This document shows, in pieces, positions 1-9,021 of a stretch of 36,322 nucleotides of DNA (the stretch's first letter is position 1; every line of letters starts with the position of its first letter). Made by a program: the position numbers and the translations under genes. The DNA is from Candidatus Xenobia bacterium (GTDB taxonomy: Bacteria > Vulcanimicrobiota > Xenobia > Xenobiales > QWHO01), in the NCBI GenBank assembly GCA_045863235.1, contig BTUM01000080.1:1-36322 (forward strand). The letters run 5' to 3'. Under the pieces are notes generated by a model that saw nothing but the letters and a program-made list of their open reading frames with translations, was not told the DNA's origin and did no database searches.

Positions 1-2
1 TG

Positions 3-330
3 CACGCCAACGGCGGCAAGGGCAACGACCGCATCAACCAGAACGGCGGCAACGGCAGCGACAACGTGAATGCCAATGGCGGCAAGGGTAACGACCGCAT
101 CAACCAGAACGGTGGGAACGGGAACGACCGCGTGAACGCCGACGGTGGCAAGGGTAACGACGTCATCAATCAGAACGGCGGCAACGGCAACGACCGCGTG
201 ACCGCTAACGGCGGCAAGGGTAACGACGTGATCAACCAGAACGGCGGCAACGGCAACGACCGGATCCGGGTTGACGGCGGACAGGGCAATGACCGGATCA
301 ACATCAACGGCGGCAATGGAAACGACAGCG
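3..330 (+). repeat. 33-nt coding tandem repeat with 66-nt super-period
   Basis: Recurrent aacggcggcaagggtaacgac / atcaaccagaacggcggcaacggcaacgac units. Confidence 0.9.
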
Positions 331-566
331 TGCACTACGACGTCAGTGGTGGACGCGACCGGGCCACCATCAACGGCGGCTGCGGCAACGACAGCGCCAC
401 CATTCAGGCCGGCAAGGGCGAGAACGTGACCGTGGTCGACCAGAACGGCAAGGTGCTCTACTCGCAGGGCAAGGGCGGCACTGTCGTCACCGTGGACGGC
501 GTGGAGAATCTGAACGTCGTCAACGACAAAGGCGAGACGGTGTGGAGCAATCAGCCCCACTGCTAA
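3..566 (+). CDS. 5'-truncated RTX-like (GGxGND) repeat protein, probable Ca-binding beta-roll
   Basis: Frame 3 is open from the window edge. It contains at least 10 repeats of 11 aa alternating VxANGGKGNDR / INQNGGNGNDR, then a beta-rich C-terminus. Stop TAA ends at 566 and a terminator follows. Confidence 0.8.
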   Translation, partial: HANGGKGNDRINQNGGNGSDNVNANGGKGNDRINQNGGNGNDRVNADGGKGNDVINQNGGNGNDRVTANGGKGNDVINQNGGNGNDRIRVDGGQGNDRININGGNGNDSVHYDVSGGRDRATINGGCGNDSATIQAGKGENVTVVDQNGKVLYSQGKGGTVVTVDGVENLNVVNDKGETVWSNQPHC

Positions 567-581
567 GGTTTGAGACAGGTC

Positions 582-618
582 GAGGGCCGGGTCACTCAAC
601 CCGGCCCTCTTTCTTTTC
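582..618 (+). terminator. Intrinsic terminator
   Basis: Stem GAGGGCCGGGT (582-592) / ACCCGGCCCTC (599-609), followed by TTTCTTTTC. Confidence 0.85.
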
Positions 619-619
619 C

Positions 620-1555
620 TCAGCGCAGGATGGTGAGGAAGAAAGTGACCGCAGTACCATCCCGCGCGTTCTGGCCGGCGAAAGTCTGGGTCAGGCCCAG
701 GTTGAGTCGCACGTCCGGGCTCACATAGCAGGTGCCCCCACCGGTCACGGTCCAGAACTCGGGCTGGGTGTTGCCAAAGTAGAAGGAAGTGTAGCCCAAC
801 TCCACCAGCGGTTGCCACTCAGCCGTCACCTGGTAGCCGGCAGCCAGGCTGGCCGAGACTCCACCGTCAAAATCGATGGAGTTCCCCCACAACGGATGCG
901 TCACACCCAGGTCAGCCAGCAGCGACCAGTGCCCGGTCTCTTTCTGGACCACCAGGCGGTGCTGGCAGTTGGCCGCCTCCTGGCTGAGGGAGAGCAGCGT
1001 GGGCGTTCCATGCTGCCCGGTCGGAAAGGTGAAGTAGGTCAGGTAGGCTAGACTCAGCTGGTTCGCCTCGTCATTGAGGAAGCGCCAGCGGGTCCCGAAA
1101 ACGGTGTCTGCAAAGCTGGTGTCGCTGAGCGGCAAAGGGAGGCCGGTGACCGGGTCGGTTCCAGCCAGACTGTCATGGCCCGTGTTCAAGCCCAGAATCA
1201 GGTTCATGTCGAAGTCCTCGGCCACGCCGCAGGTGAGCTGGGTGAAGAACAGGTCCTGGACCTGGTCGCTGTCGCGCACAGAGACCCCGGTCTGGTCGTA
1301 AGCCCGGCTGCTGTAGAACCCGAGCCAGCCCGGCTGAATCTCGATCTGGCCTGGCTCGAGCACCCCAGCGTCGTTGGTGTTGATCTTACCGGGCTCGATT
1401 GGGAAGCCCGCATCTTCCTCGGTTGGCTCGGAAAGCTCGGAGGGGCTGGCGGAAGACGGGGGCGGGCTCTCACCGGAGGGCTCCTGGGCGAGTGCCGGCT
1501 GCAGCCACAGGCAAACTGCCATCAGGATCAGAGATAGCCTTCTTCGGCCGGGCAT
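620..1555 (-). CDS. Outer-membrane beta-barrel 'transporter' family protein (phenol-degradation meta-pathway channel-like)
   Basis: Signal peptide MPGRRRLSLILMAVCLWLQPALA from ATG 1555, Pro/Ser linker, NTNDAGVLEPGQIEIQ, alternating amphipathic strands, FTFPTG motif. Confidence 0.65.
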   Translation of the reverse strand: MPGRRRLSLILMAVCLWLQPALAQEPSGESPPPSSASPSELSEPTEEDAGFPIEPGKINTNDAGVLEPGQIEIQPGWLGFYSSRAYDQTGVSVRDSDQVQDLFFTQLTCGVAEDFDMNLILGLNTGHDSLAGTDPVTGLPLPLSDTSFADTVFGTRWRFLNDEANQLSLAYLTYFTFPTGQHGTPTLLSLSQEAANCQHRLVVQKETGHWSLLADLGVTHPLWGNSIDFDGGVSASLAAGYQVTAEWQPLVELGYTSFYFGNTQPEFWTVTGGGTCYVSPDVRLNLGLTQTFAGQNARDGTAVTFFLTILR

Positions 1556-1601
1556 CGCGGGCGGTTCGAAGGTCTCCAGTGGACTCCTCCCTGAGGGAAG
1601 G

Positions 1602-3488
1602 TCATCCGAAGGTCGCCCCCACCAATCGAGCAACCCACAAGATGAAATAGGCCGAGGGCACAAGCAACACCTGGGATAGGACGGTTCCCAACAGCATCCC
1701 TCCCATGAGCAGAACGGCCATGGCGTTGAGCTGCTCCATGGGACGCCGTCCTTCGATGGTGTCGTCGGTGATCAAAGCGACCTTGGGGTCGACGATGACG
1801 CTCAGCGTGATGGTCGCTACCCCGTTGACCACCGAGGAGAGCAGCGTGCAGGTGCGCGACAGCTCGTGGCTCAGGGCGCTGGCGTAAATGGCGGCCATCA
1901 CCCCCACTGTGTGCACGGCGATGACCACGACGTTGCCGATCAGGAAGGGCTTGGGCAGACGCCGGGCCACCTTCCAGCTGAAGCCGAGCAAGCTGGGAGG
2001 ACGCAAGCAACCGAGCACACGGGCCCAGTTGGCCGGGATGAGCAACCGTACCAGCAAGCCTGGAATGGAGCGATGGCGCTCGAGGCCCCCGATGGCCTGG
2101 CGATAGAGCTCGATGAAGGTGGGCATCAGCAGCCAGCCAAGGAAGGCTCCCAGGCTGGCGCCGGCCAGCACCTGACGAAACAGGCTCTCCAGTTGGGGCA
2201 GGCCTTGAGGGCCGACGCTGCCAGATGCCACCGCGTCTCGGATGCTCCCCAGAACCGGTGCGTAAACCTGCTGAGCAAGCCGGGTGATCAGGAAGAAGAA
2301 ATTATAGATGGCCAGCGCGCTGGCAACCTGACGGGTGAGCACGGCTGAGACACGGCCGGCTACGGTCGTGGAGGCCAACATGGTCACCAGCACGTTCAGG
2401 ACCACCACGAACCCGATCTCCTCGACCAGTCTGGAGCCCTCGGCGCCCAGCGCCCGGGTCGCCGCCTCGATGGCATGGATGCCCGGCGAGAAGACGAAGA
2501 GGCCAAGCACCGAGCCCAGCAGGTTTCCTGCCGCCAGATGGACCGCAGTGATACGTACCTGACGGTCATGAGGATCGGATTCAGCCGCGAAGAGCTCGAG
2601 AGCACTGGGGCCCGTGGGGGGCAGAAGCTGAAGTCGCCCGCGCCGCTGTCGGGGGGTGCTCATCATGGCCAGGGAAGCGCCCACCGAGTCCAGGGACGCC
2701 AGGCACAGGAACAGCTGGCGGGGGACCGGGTGCAGCAGTCGGATGGGGCGGACGGCCCGGTCGGTGATCAGGGCGGCCTTGGGATCGACGAAGATGGTGA
2801 AGCAGATGGCTGCCACTGCGTTGACCAGGCCCGAGAGCAGGAGGGCGGTTGTTTCCAACGAGGGCAAGACGGCGCTCACGTAGACCGCGCACAAGGCGCC
2901 CACGGTCCAGACGGCGGTGGCCAGGACGTTGAACCAGAGAAAGTCAGCCGGAACGCCTTCCAACCTGAAAAGCCTGATGCCCAGATTTCCGGGAGGCCGA
3001 AAAGACGAGAGCAGGGTTCGCCAGCCGCTGATGCGACCGAGTCTCAGCAAGACCCCCAGCAAGGATTGGCGCACCAGGAGAGAGCGCACGCCTCGGGTGT
3101 AAACCTCGACGAAGGTGGGCAACAGGACCCAGGACATCAGAGCCCCGCCAGCGGCGCCCAGGATCACGAACTGAATCTGCTGATAGAGGACGTCGACCCG
3201 ACCGGTTCTGGTCGCCCGGTCCACGAATGCGGCCATGATAGGGAGGTAAAAGAGGTTGGCAAAGCGCGTCAGCATGAAGAAGAACTGCGCGATGGTGAAG
3301 GTGCTGGCCACCTGGCGCGAACGCACGGCCGCAGGTCGAGCGGCCACGTTCAGGGTGGTCAGCATGGAAACCAGACCGCTGACGAGCGCCACCAGCAACA
3401 GGTGTGGGTCGGCTAAGAGAGCAAAATTCACGTTTTGAACCTGGTTTTCTGGCTGAAAGGGGCGCCCCTCCGGTCGCCATTGTGCCAC
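1602..3488 (-). CDS. amj: Lipid II flippase Amj (DUF2837) family protein with two tandem Amj domains
   Basis: Both halves carry Amj-like motifs: RQVASTFTIAQFFFMLTRFANLFYLP / RQVASALAIYNFFFLITRLAQQVYAP and GLVNAVAAICFTIFVDPKAALITD / SVVNGVATITLSVIVDPKVALITD. Start position uncertain. Confidence 0.8.
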   Translation of the reverse strand: MAQWRPEGRPFQPENQVQNVNFALLADPHLLLVALVSGLVSMLTTLNVAARPAAVRSRQVASTFTIAQFFFMLTRFANLFYLPIMAAFVDRATRTGRVDVLYQQIQFVILGAAGGALMSWVLLPTFVEVYTRGVRSLLVRQSLLGVLLRLGRISGWRTLLSSFRPPGNLGIRLFRLEGVPADFLWFNVLATAVWTVGALCAVYVSAVLPSLETTALLLSGLVNAVAAICFTIFVDPKAALITDRAVRPIRLLHPVPRQLFLCLASLDSVGASLAMMSTPRQRRGRLQLLPPTGPSALELFAAESDPHDRQVRITAVHLAAGNLLGSVLGLFVFSPGIHAIEAATRALGAEGSRLVEEIGFVVVLNVLVTMLASTTVAGRVSAVLTRQVASALAIYNFFFLITRLAQQVYAPVLGSIRDAVASGSVGPQGLPQLESLFRQVLAGASLGAFLGWLLMPTFIELYRQAIGGLERHRSIPGLLVRLLIPANWARVLGCLRPPSLLGFSWKVARRLPKPFLIGNVVVIAVHTVGVMAAIYASALSHELSRTCTLLSSVVNGVATITLSVIVDPKVALITDDTIEGRRPMEQLNAMAVLLMGGMLLGTVLSQVLLVPSAYFILWVARLVGATFG

Positions 3489-3684
3489 TCGACCGTGTCA
3501 GAATCGAGTCATCGCTCCTTGGAAGGTGTATTTCTTTCACCTGCCGAACAGAAGGCGAAAGCTGAAAAAAATTGCACTCCTGCGCAGCCAGTCTGCGGGG
3601 AGCTGGAAAAATTTCCAGGGAAAGCGGGAACCTTCCGCCGGGCCGAGAACCCCGGCGGGAAGTCTGAGGAAGGAGTCTAAGTCC

Positions 3685-4248
3685 GTGAAAAAGTGGGTTC
3701 TTCTGGGAGCCGCCGCGATGGCTCTGGTAGGCGCAGCTGCCGCACCGAGTCAGGCCGATACCGGAAACATGATTATGCGCACCCCCGTCACGATCAAGGT
3801 GGAGGGGATCACCTACGAGGGAGTTTGGGCTTTCGTCGGCGAGCGCCCCTACGTCGGAGTAGAGTCCTTCGGTAACGCTCTGGGGTATCCGCGGGTTCAC
3901 AACGTGAAAGGCTGGTCGCTGAACCCGCCCCCGCCTCGCACCTCGGGCATCAATCCCCTGGTCCTGGCTGTCGAGGCGGGCGGAAAGAACATTCCCACCA
4001 CCCGCTTCGGTGGGGCCACCATGTGCGATTTGCAGACCGCCTGCGATGCGCTGGACATCCCTTATCACTATGACTTCGAGCGCCGCATCTTCGAGGTGGA
4101 CAGCCCCTACCGGGGAGAGATTATGAAGGGCGCCCTGTACCGCTGGTGGTCCAATCACTACGACTGGTACTACAGCTTCTCGGGTGAGCGCGATTCCTGG
4201 CTTCAGCCCCGTGTAAACCAGGGTGTGCGCTGGCCTTACTCGTTCTAG
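3685..4248 (+). CDS. Secreted hypothetical protein, possibly copper-amine-oxidase-N/stalk-like
   Basis: GAGGAAGGAG RBS, GTG 3685, signal peptide KKWVLLGAAAMALVGAAAAPSQA, two short repeats (PYVGVESFGNALGY / TMCDLQTACDALDI). Confidence 0.7.
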   Translation: MKKWVLLGAAAMALVGAAAAPSQADTGNMIMRTPVTIKVEGITYEGVWAFVGERPYVGVESFGNALGYPRVHNVKGWSLNPPPPRTSGINPLVLAVEAGGKNIPTTRFGGATMCDLQTACDALDIPYHYDFERRIFEVDSPYRGEIMKGALYRWWSNHYDWYYSFSGERDSWLQPRVNQGVRWPYSF

Positions 4249-4278
4249 AATCGATTGGTTTGGCGACGAAATTGTTGG

Positions 4279-4307
4279 GAGCCCCGCTGATAGCGGGGCT
4301 CTTTTTT
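4279..4307 (+). terminator. Intrinsic terminator
   Basis: GAGCCCCGCT-gat-AGCGGGGCTC followed by TTTTTT. Confidence 0.9.
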
Positions 4308-4391
4308 ATGTCTGGGATGACGTAGGAACCACCACTGGATACGAGAATCTTGCAAGCGCAAGCCGCAAGGCAACAAGAAAGGGATGACGCC

Positions 4392-5498
4392 ATGACCGTA
4401 GCTACCACCGAGCGCCTCTTCAACTTCTCCGCGGGCCCCGCCGTACTGCCTTTACCCGTGCTGCAGCAGGTTCAACAAGAGCTGCTTTGCCTGCCGGGAG
4501 CGGGGGCCTCCATTCTGGAGATCAGCCATCGCGGACCAGCCTTCGAGCCAATCCTGGCTGAGGCTCAGGCCAATCTTAAGAAGCTGCTCGGCGTCGGCGA
4601 CGATTGGCAGGTGCTGTTCCTGCAGGGAGGCGCCACCACCCAGTTCTCCATGGTGCCCATGAACTTTTTGACGGCTGGCAAGACGGCCGACTACATTCTG
4701 TGCGGGGCCTGGTCCAAGAAGGCTATCGCCGAGGCCAGGAAGGTGGGCGCTGTCAATGTGGTATGGGACGGCGCGGCCGAGAAGTTTACCCGCATGCCCC
4801 GCCAGTCCGAGTTGCGCGCGACTTCTGGCGCGGCCTACCTGCACACGACCTCCAATGAGACCATCGAAGGTGTCTGTTTCGACTACGATCCCGACCTGGG
4901 TGAGGTGCCGGTCGTGTGCGACACATCCTCTGACTTCCTTTCGCGTCCGCTGGACATGAGCCGCTACTCTTTCATTTACGCCGGAGCCCAGAAGAACGTC
5001 GGCCCGGCCGGTTGCACCCTGGTGGTGGCACGCAAGGAGTTCCTGGCCCGAGCCGGGGGCGAGAAGCTGCCTGTGATGCTCGAGTACAAGACCCACGTTG
5101 ACAATGACTCGATGTACAACACACCTCCGACCTTTGCCATCTACGTGATCAACCTGGTGCTGCGCTGGCTGCTCAACGACGTGGGCGGGCTCGAGGCCAT
5201 GCACAAGCGCAACTTCGAGAAATCAAAGCTGCTCTACAGCGCCATCGACGGCTCGGACGGCTACTATCGCGGACACGCCAGGAGCGACAGCCGCTCATTG
5301 ATGAACGTCACCTTCCGGCTGCCCAGCGAGGAGCTCGAGAAGAAGTTCGCTAAAGAAGCTGAAGCGCGCAAGCTCGACGGCCTGAAAGGCCATCGCTCGG
5401 TGGGGGGCATGCGGGCCTCAATCTACAATGCCTTCCCGATCGAGGGAGTGCAAGCTCTGGTGGCCTTCATGGACGAATTCCGTAAGGCCAACGGCTGA
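4392..5498 (+). CDS. serC: Phosphoserine aminotransferase
   Basis: FNFSAGPAVLP, EISHRG, LFLQGGAT, YAGAQKNVGPAG (PLP Lys), SMYNTPPTF, LKGHRSVGGMRASIYNA. Confidence 0.97.
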   Translation: MTVATTERLFNFSAGPAVLPLPVLQQVQQELLCLPGAGASILEISHRGPAFEPILAEAQANLKKLLGVGDDWQVLFLQGGATTQFSMVPMNFLTAGKTADYILCGAWSKKAIAEARKVGAVNVVWDGAAEKFTRMPRQSELRATSGAAYLHTTSNETIEGVCFDYDPDLGEVPVVCDTSSDFLSRPLDMSRYSFIYAGAQKNVGPAGCTLVVARKEFLARAGGEKLPVMLEYKTHVDNDSMYNTPPTFAIYVINLVLRWLLNDVGGLEAMHKRNFEKSKLLYSAIDGSDGYYRGHARSDSRSLMNVTFRLPSEELEKKFAKEAEARKLDGLKGHRSVGGMRASIYNAFPIEGVQALVAFMDEFRKANG

Positions 5499-5570
5499 TT
5501 CGCAGCAACACGCAGGTCTTCCAGAGATTCTTCGCTAGGTTTTCGGCTGGCGGGCCGCGGGGCTGGAGAT

Positions 5571-6533
5571 TCAGGCGCCAGGGGAGCGCGAGGGACCGTC
5601 GCCGTAGACTCTCCCCGGCTCGGTAGCTGCAAAGGCCTGCAGAGCTTCCTCCAGATGAGCTTCTCCCCCCGGGTAGCGGCGCGAGAAGTGGAATAGATGC
5701 AGCTTGCCTACCCCGGCTTCGGCGGCCAGTCGGCCTGCCTGGCGGGCGGTCAGGTGCAGGTGCTCGCGGGCTTTGGCCAGTTGTGAATGCACATAACAGG
5801 CCTCGCACCAGAGCTCTTCGGCTCCCCGGCAGAGCGCGAGCAGGGCGCGCGCGCTCACCTTGTTCCAGACCGTGTCGGTCACGTAGGCCAGCGAGCGGGG
5901 CGGTTGGCGGATGAGCAGTCGGGCCGCCAACTCCGGATTCGATTCGGGGTCTTGCTTGAGCTCTTGCAGCCAGGGACCGGGAGCTCGCCCGATTGCCTTG
6001 AGGGCTTGCTTGTCGATGCGCACCTCGCCCGGCCAGGTCAGGCGATAGGCCAGGCAGGGCACGTTATGCACCACCTGGGCGAAACGCAGCTCGATTCGTT
6101 CGGGGAGGATGCTATCCCAGGATTCCTCCTCTCGAGGCTCGTTGGGGACGAACCGTTGGCGGCACCAGAAGGTAGTGCGCATCAAGCTGGGCCCGTGAAG
6201 CTCGCAGACCTCGACTCGGAAGGGGGAGTCATCGACCAGGTTCCAGGCATAGCCAGCCAGCTTGCCTCCGACCTGGGCCGCCAGGCCGGGAGGGCCGTAC
6301 AGTGTGAGCGGCTCGCTCGAGAAGAGCTGCGATCGCAGCAGGCTGTCGAATCCGATGAAGTGATCGATGTGAGTGTGGCTGATCAGGACTTGCCGAATTC
6401 TGAGCAGTTCTTTCATCGGCAGACGGCGAAGATCTCCACAGTCGATGAGGATGCTGGCGGGAGAGTTGAGCGGGCTGATCAAGAGGGCCGGATCTTCGCC
6501 AGGAGGATTGACCAGGCAACTGATCCAACTCAT
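5571..6533 (-). CDS. Ribonuclease Z-like MBL-fold hydrolase
   Basis: SHTHIDHFIG (HxHxDH), YGPPGL, AYVTDT, HLHLTARQAGRLA, LFHFSRRY; ATG at 6533. Confidence 0.88.
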   Translation of the reverse strand: MSWISCLVNPPGEDPALLISPLNSPASILIDCGDLRRLPMKELLRIRQVLISHTHIDHFIGFDSLLRSQLFSSEPLTLYGPPGLAAQVGGKLAGYAWNLVDDSPFRVEVCELHGPSLMRTTFWCRQRFVPNEPREEESWDSILPERIELRFAQVVHNVPCLAYRLTWPGEVRIDKQALKAIGRAPGPWLQELKQDPESNPELAARLLIRQPPRSLAYVTDTVWNKVSARALLALCRGAEELWCEACYVHSQLAKAREHLHLTARQAGRLAAEAGVGKLHLFHFSRRYPGGEAHLEEALQAFAATEPGRVYGDGPSRSPGA

Positions 6534-6575
6534 CGGCAAGCTTTCAGCGATTGGATTCCGAGGACCTGCCCTGTA

Positions 6576-7697
6576 GTGGACATCAGCAATCTGACGACAA
6601 CCCAGCTCGACGAGGTAGCCCGGACGCGCCTCTGGCTCAAGATCTGCCAGGAGGGACAAAAGTTCTTCCAGGAGGGCTCTTACGTCGAGGCAGAGCAGTA
6701 CTTTCAGTCAGCCCTCGAGCAATCTCGCTTCCTGAATGAGGTTCAGCAAGCCACCAGCAAGAACAATCTGGCCGAGCTGTATCGCGTGCAAGGACGCTAC
6801 GCCGATGCCGAGCCGCTCTACCATGAGTCCCTGGCTCTTCGCGAGCAGTTCCTGGGCGAGCATCACCCTCACGTGGGGGGGAGCCTGAACAACCTGGCCA
6901 ACCTGTGTTATGCCCAGGGACGCTACACTCGGGCCCGGGTGCTGTATCGTAAGGCTCTCACCGTTTGGGAACGCTCGCTGCCAGAGAGCGATCTGCGCAT
7001 CGCGGTGTGCCTGAACAACCTGGCGGTGATCTACCGCATCCAGAGTAAGTTCCCCCAGTCAGAGTCGCTCTACAAGAGGGCTTTAAAGCTGGCCGAAACC
7101 CACCAGGGACCCCAGGCCCCCCAGGTGGCCCGCATTCTCAGCGGACTGGCCCTGTTGTGCAAGCAGATGGGCAAGTACAAGAAAGCTGAGGTCTATCTCG
7201 AGCGGGCCCTGGAGATCACTCGGGGGCTGGGAGATGACCATCCCGACGCGGCCACGCAGCTGATCAACCTGGCCTCGGTCTATCAGGCCCAGGGTAAGCT
7301 GGGCCAGGCCAAGATGCTGGGGTCGCAGGGGCGCTTCGAAGCGGCCGAGCCGATCTGCCGGCAGGCGGTCGAGATCCGCAAGCGCCGTCTGGGCGATTGC
7401 CACCCCGAAGTGGCCGACGCTCATCGCGAGCTGGGCAACCTGTACGAGGTGATGGGGCGCCGGGAGGAAGCGCTGGATGCCTACAACCAGGCGGTGGACA
7501 TTTACCGAGAGGCCTGTGGAGAAGATCACCCCGAGCTGGCCAACACTCTCGAATGCCTGGCCGGACTGCTGCGCCGCTTGCTCAAACATCGCGACGCCGA
7601 AACGGTCGAGGCCCGGGTGCGCCAGATCCGCATCAATCTCTCCCGTCAGGCAGTGATGGAAGCCGAGGGCTCGGGGGAGGAAGTCGTAGACGAGTGA
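6576..7697 (+). CDS. Tetratricopeptide repeat protein (kinesin-light-chain-like TPRs)
   Basis: Repeated 42-aa HP.VA.SLNNLA.LY..QG.Y..AE.LY units; GAGGA RBS before GTG 6576. The listed upstream extension is a shadow of the opposite-strand gene. Confidence 0.9.
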   Translation: MDISNLTTTQLDEVARTRLWLKICQEGQKFFQEGSYVEAEQYFQSALEQSRFLNEVQQATSKNNLAELYRVQGRYADAEPLYHESLALREQFLGEHHPHVGGSLNNLANLCYAQGRYTRARVLYRKALTVWERSLPESDLRIAVCLNNLAVIYRIQSKFPQSESLYKRALKLAETHQGPQAPQVARILSGLALLCKQMGKYKKAEVYLERALEITRGLGDDHPDAATQLINLASVYQAQGKLGQAKMLGSQGRFEAAEPICRQAVEIRKRRLGDCHPEVADAHRELGNLYEVMGRREEALDAYNQAVDIYREACGEDHPELANTLECLAGLLRRLLKHRDAETVEARVRQIRINLSRQAVMEAEGSGEEVVDE

Positions 7698-8583
7698 GCA
7701 GACCGGCGTGGTCCGAGGCTGGAAGTCTCAAGACACGGCAGTCGGCCACCTGCAGGTGGGAGCTGGCGAACAGGTAGTCGATGCGCCAGCAGGGGAGAGC
7801 GACCGGGAAGGTCATTCCGAATCCCCGGCCGGCCCGCTCGAAGCTGTCCTGAAGGTGGTTGCGCATCTTCAACATGGGGCTTGCGTTGGGGGGGAGATTG
7901 AAGTCTCCCCCCACCAGTGCCGGACCGGGGCCGACCCGATCCAGCACGTCCTCCACCTGCAGGGCCCGCAACCTGGCGCTCTCGAGCAGGCTCGTGGTGG
8001 GCTGATACCAGTTCTCCTTCACCAGGTGCAGATTGAGCACCTGAAGCTTCCGTCCCCTGATCTCCACCTCCGCCCAGAGCTCCTCGCGCAGATCGGCAGC
8101 CAGAAAGTCGCCCTGGGATAGCAACCGGTGACGGCTCAGAATCATCAGCTCGCCGTCGTAGCCCCCGCGGGCCACATGGGGAACTTCAAGCCGGGCCAGG
8201 AGCTCTCGCCCGACGTCGTGAGTCTGGGTCAGTCCCACCTCCTGGAGCAGCGCCAGATCCCAGGGGAGGTCGCGCAGCGCCGCCGCGGCCTGATCCAGGC
8301 GTGGCAGGTCGACCCCCAGATTCCAGCACAGGACGGTCAGCTCTCCCTCGTCCTGGCGGTCAAACTGGGGGCGACCGACTGCCAGAACGGTGGCCAGCGC
8401 CGCCAGAGCCACCACCCACCTGGGTCCAACGAGGGCCGAGGGAACGAGAGAGAGCAGGTAGAGCCAGAGGGGAACCTGAGTCAGTACGGCGGCGGGTAGG
8501 AATCGGTCGAACCAGGGTCCGGAGAGACAGGCAGCCAGGGCCAGGAGCAGCGGAAATCGGGCCAGGGCCCGCCAGCTCAGCAA
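7633..8583 (-). CDS. Membrane-anchored endonuclease/exonuclease/phosphatase (EEP) family protein
   Basis: N-terminal hydrophobic helices, TVLCWN, ALLQEV, LVGGDFN, RIDYLF, ASDH; TTG start overlaps the upstream stop. Confidence 0.85.
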   Translation of the reverse strand: MLSWRALARFPLLLALAACLSGPWFDRFLPAAVLTQVPLWLYLLSLVPSALVGPRWVVALAALATVLAVGRPQFDRQDEGELTVLCWNLGVDLPRLDQAAAALRDLPWDLALLQEVGLTQTHDVGRELLARLEVPHVARGGYDGELMILSRHRLLSQGDFLAADLREELWAEVEIRGRKLQVLNLHLVKENWYQPTTSLLESARLRALQVEDVLDRVGPGPALVGGDFNLPPNASPMLKMRNHLQDSFERAGRGFGMTFPVALPCWRIDYLFASSHLQVADCRVLRLPASDHAGLLTRLRLPPPSPRLPSLPDGRD

Positions 8584-9005
8584 CCGAGTTGCCGCAGCAC
8601 GTCCTCGGAGTAGTACACGTGGTAGACCAGGCTCAGCGTATCGCCGGTCTGGCTGGAGGCGCCCAGGTGAAGATTCTCCTCGCCCAGCGCCTGCGAGAAG
8701 TAGCGGCGCAGCTTTCGTCCCAACAGCGTGTTGGCGGTCTGCACATGGTAGCGCACCGGCTTGATGCCGTGTACCTGCAGGGTGACCGGCTGTTGCATCT
8801 GGTTGAGCGAGGCGGTCATTTCGATGTAGGGACAGTTGCGGCGGCGGAACAGGATCACCAGCCGCAGGCACTCACCCTCGGTCGAGTTGACCACGCAGAC
8901 CATGCGGCGAAGAACCCGAAGGAAGTGCTCCTCGAGGCGGCTGAAGTGAAAGAAGTTTCGCTCAAACCGTTTGCGCTTCTGAGGCTCGAAGTTGTAGCTC
9001 GCCAC
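8577..9005 (-). CDS. Hypothetical protein (~142 aa)
   Basis: Fills the gap between co-oriented genes with tight junctions; GTG 9005; no family recognised. Confidence 0.6.
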   Translation of the reverse strand: MASYNFEPQKRKRFERNFFHFSRLEEHFLRVLRRMVCVVNSTEGECLRLVILFRRRNCPYIEMTASLNQMQQPVTLQVHGIKPVRYHVQTANTLLGRKLRRYFSQALGEENLHLGASSQTGDTLSLVYHVYYSEDVLRQLGC

Positions 9006-9021
9006 GATGATGGAATTCTCT

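Noticed and set aside
5787..6575. N-terminal extension of the TPR ORF
   Set aside because: Overlaps the RNase Z-like gene on the opposite strand; a better RBS and start exist at 6576
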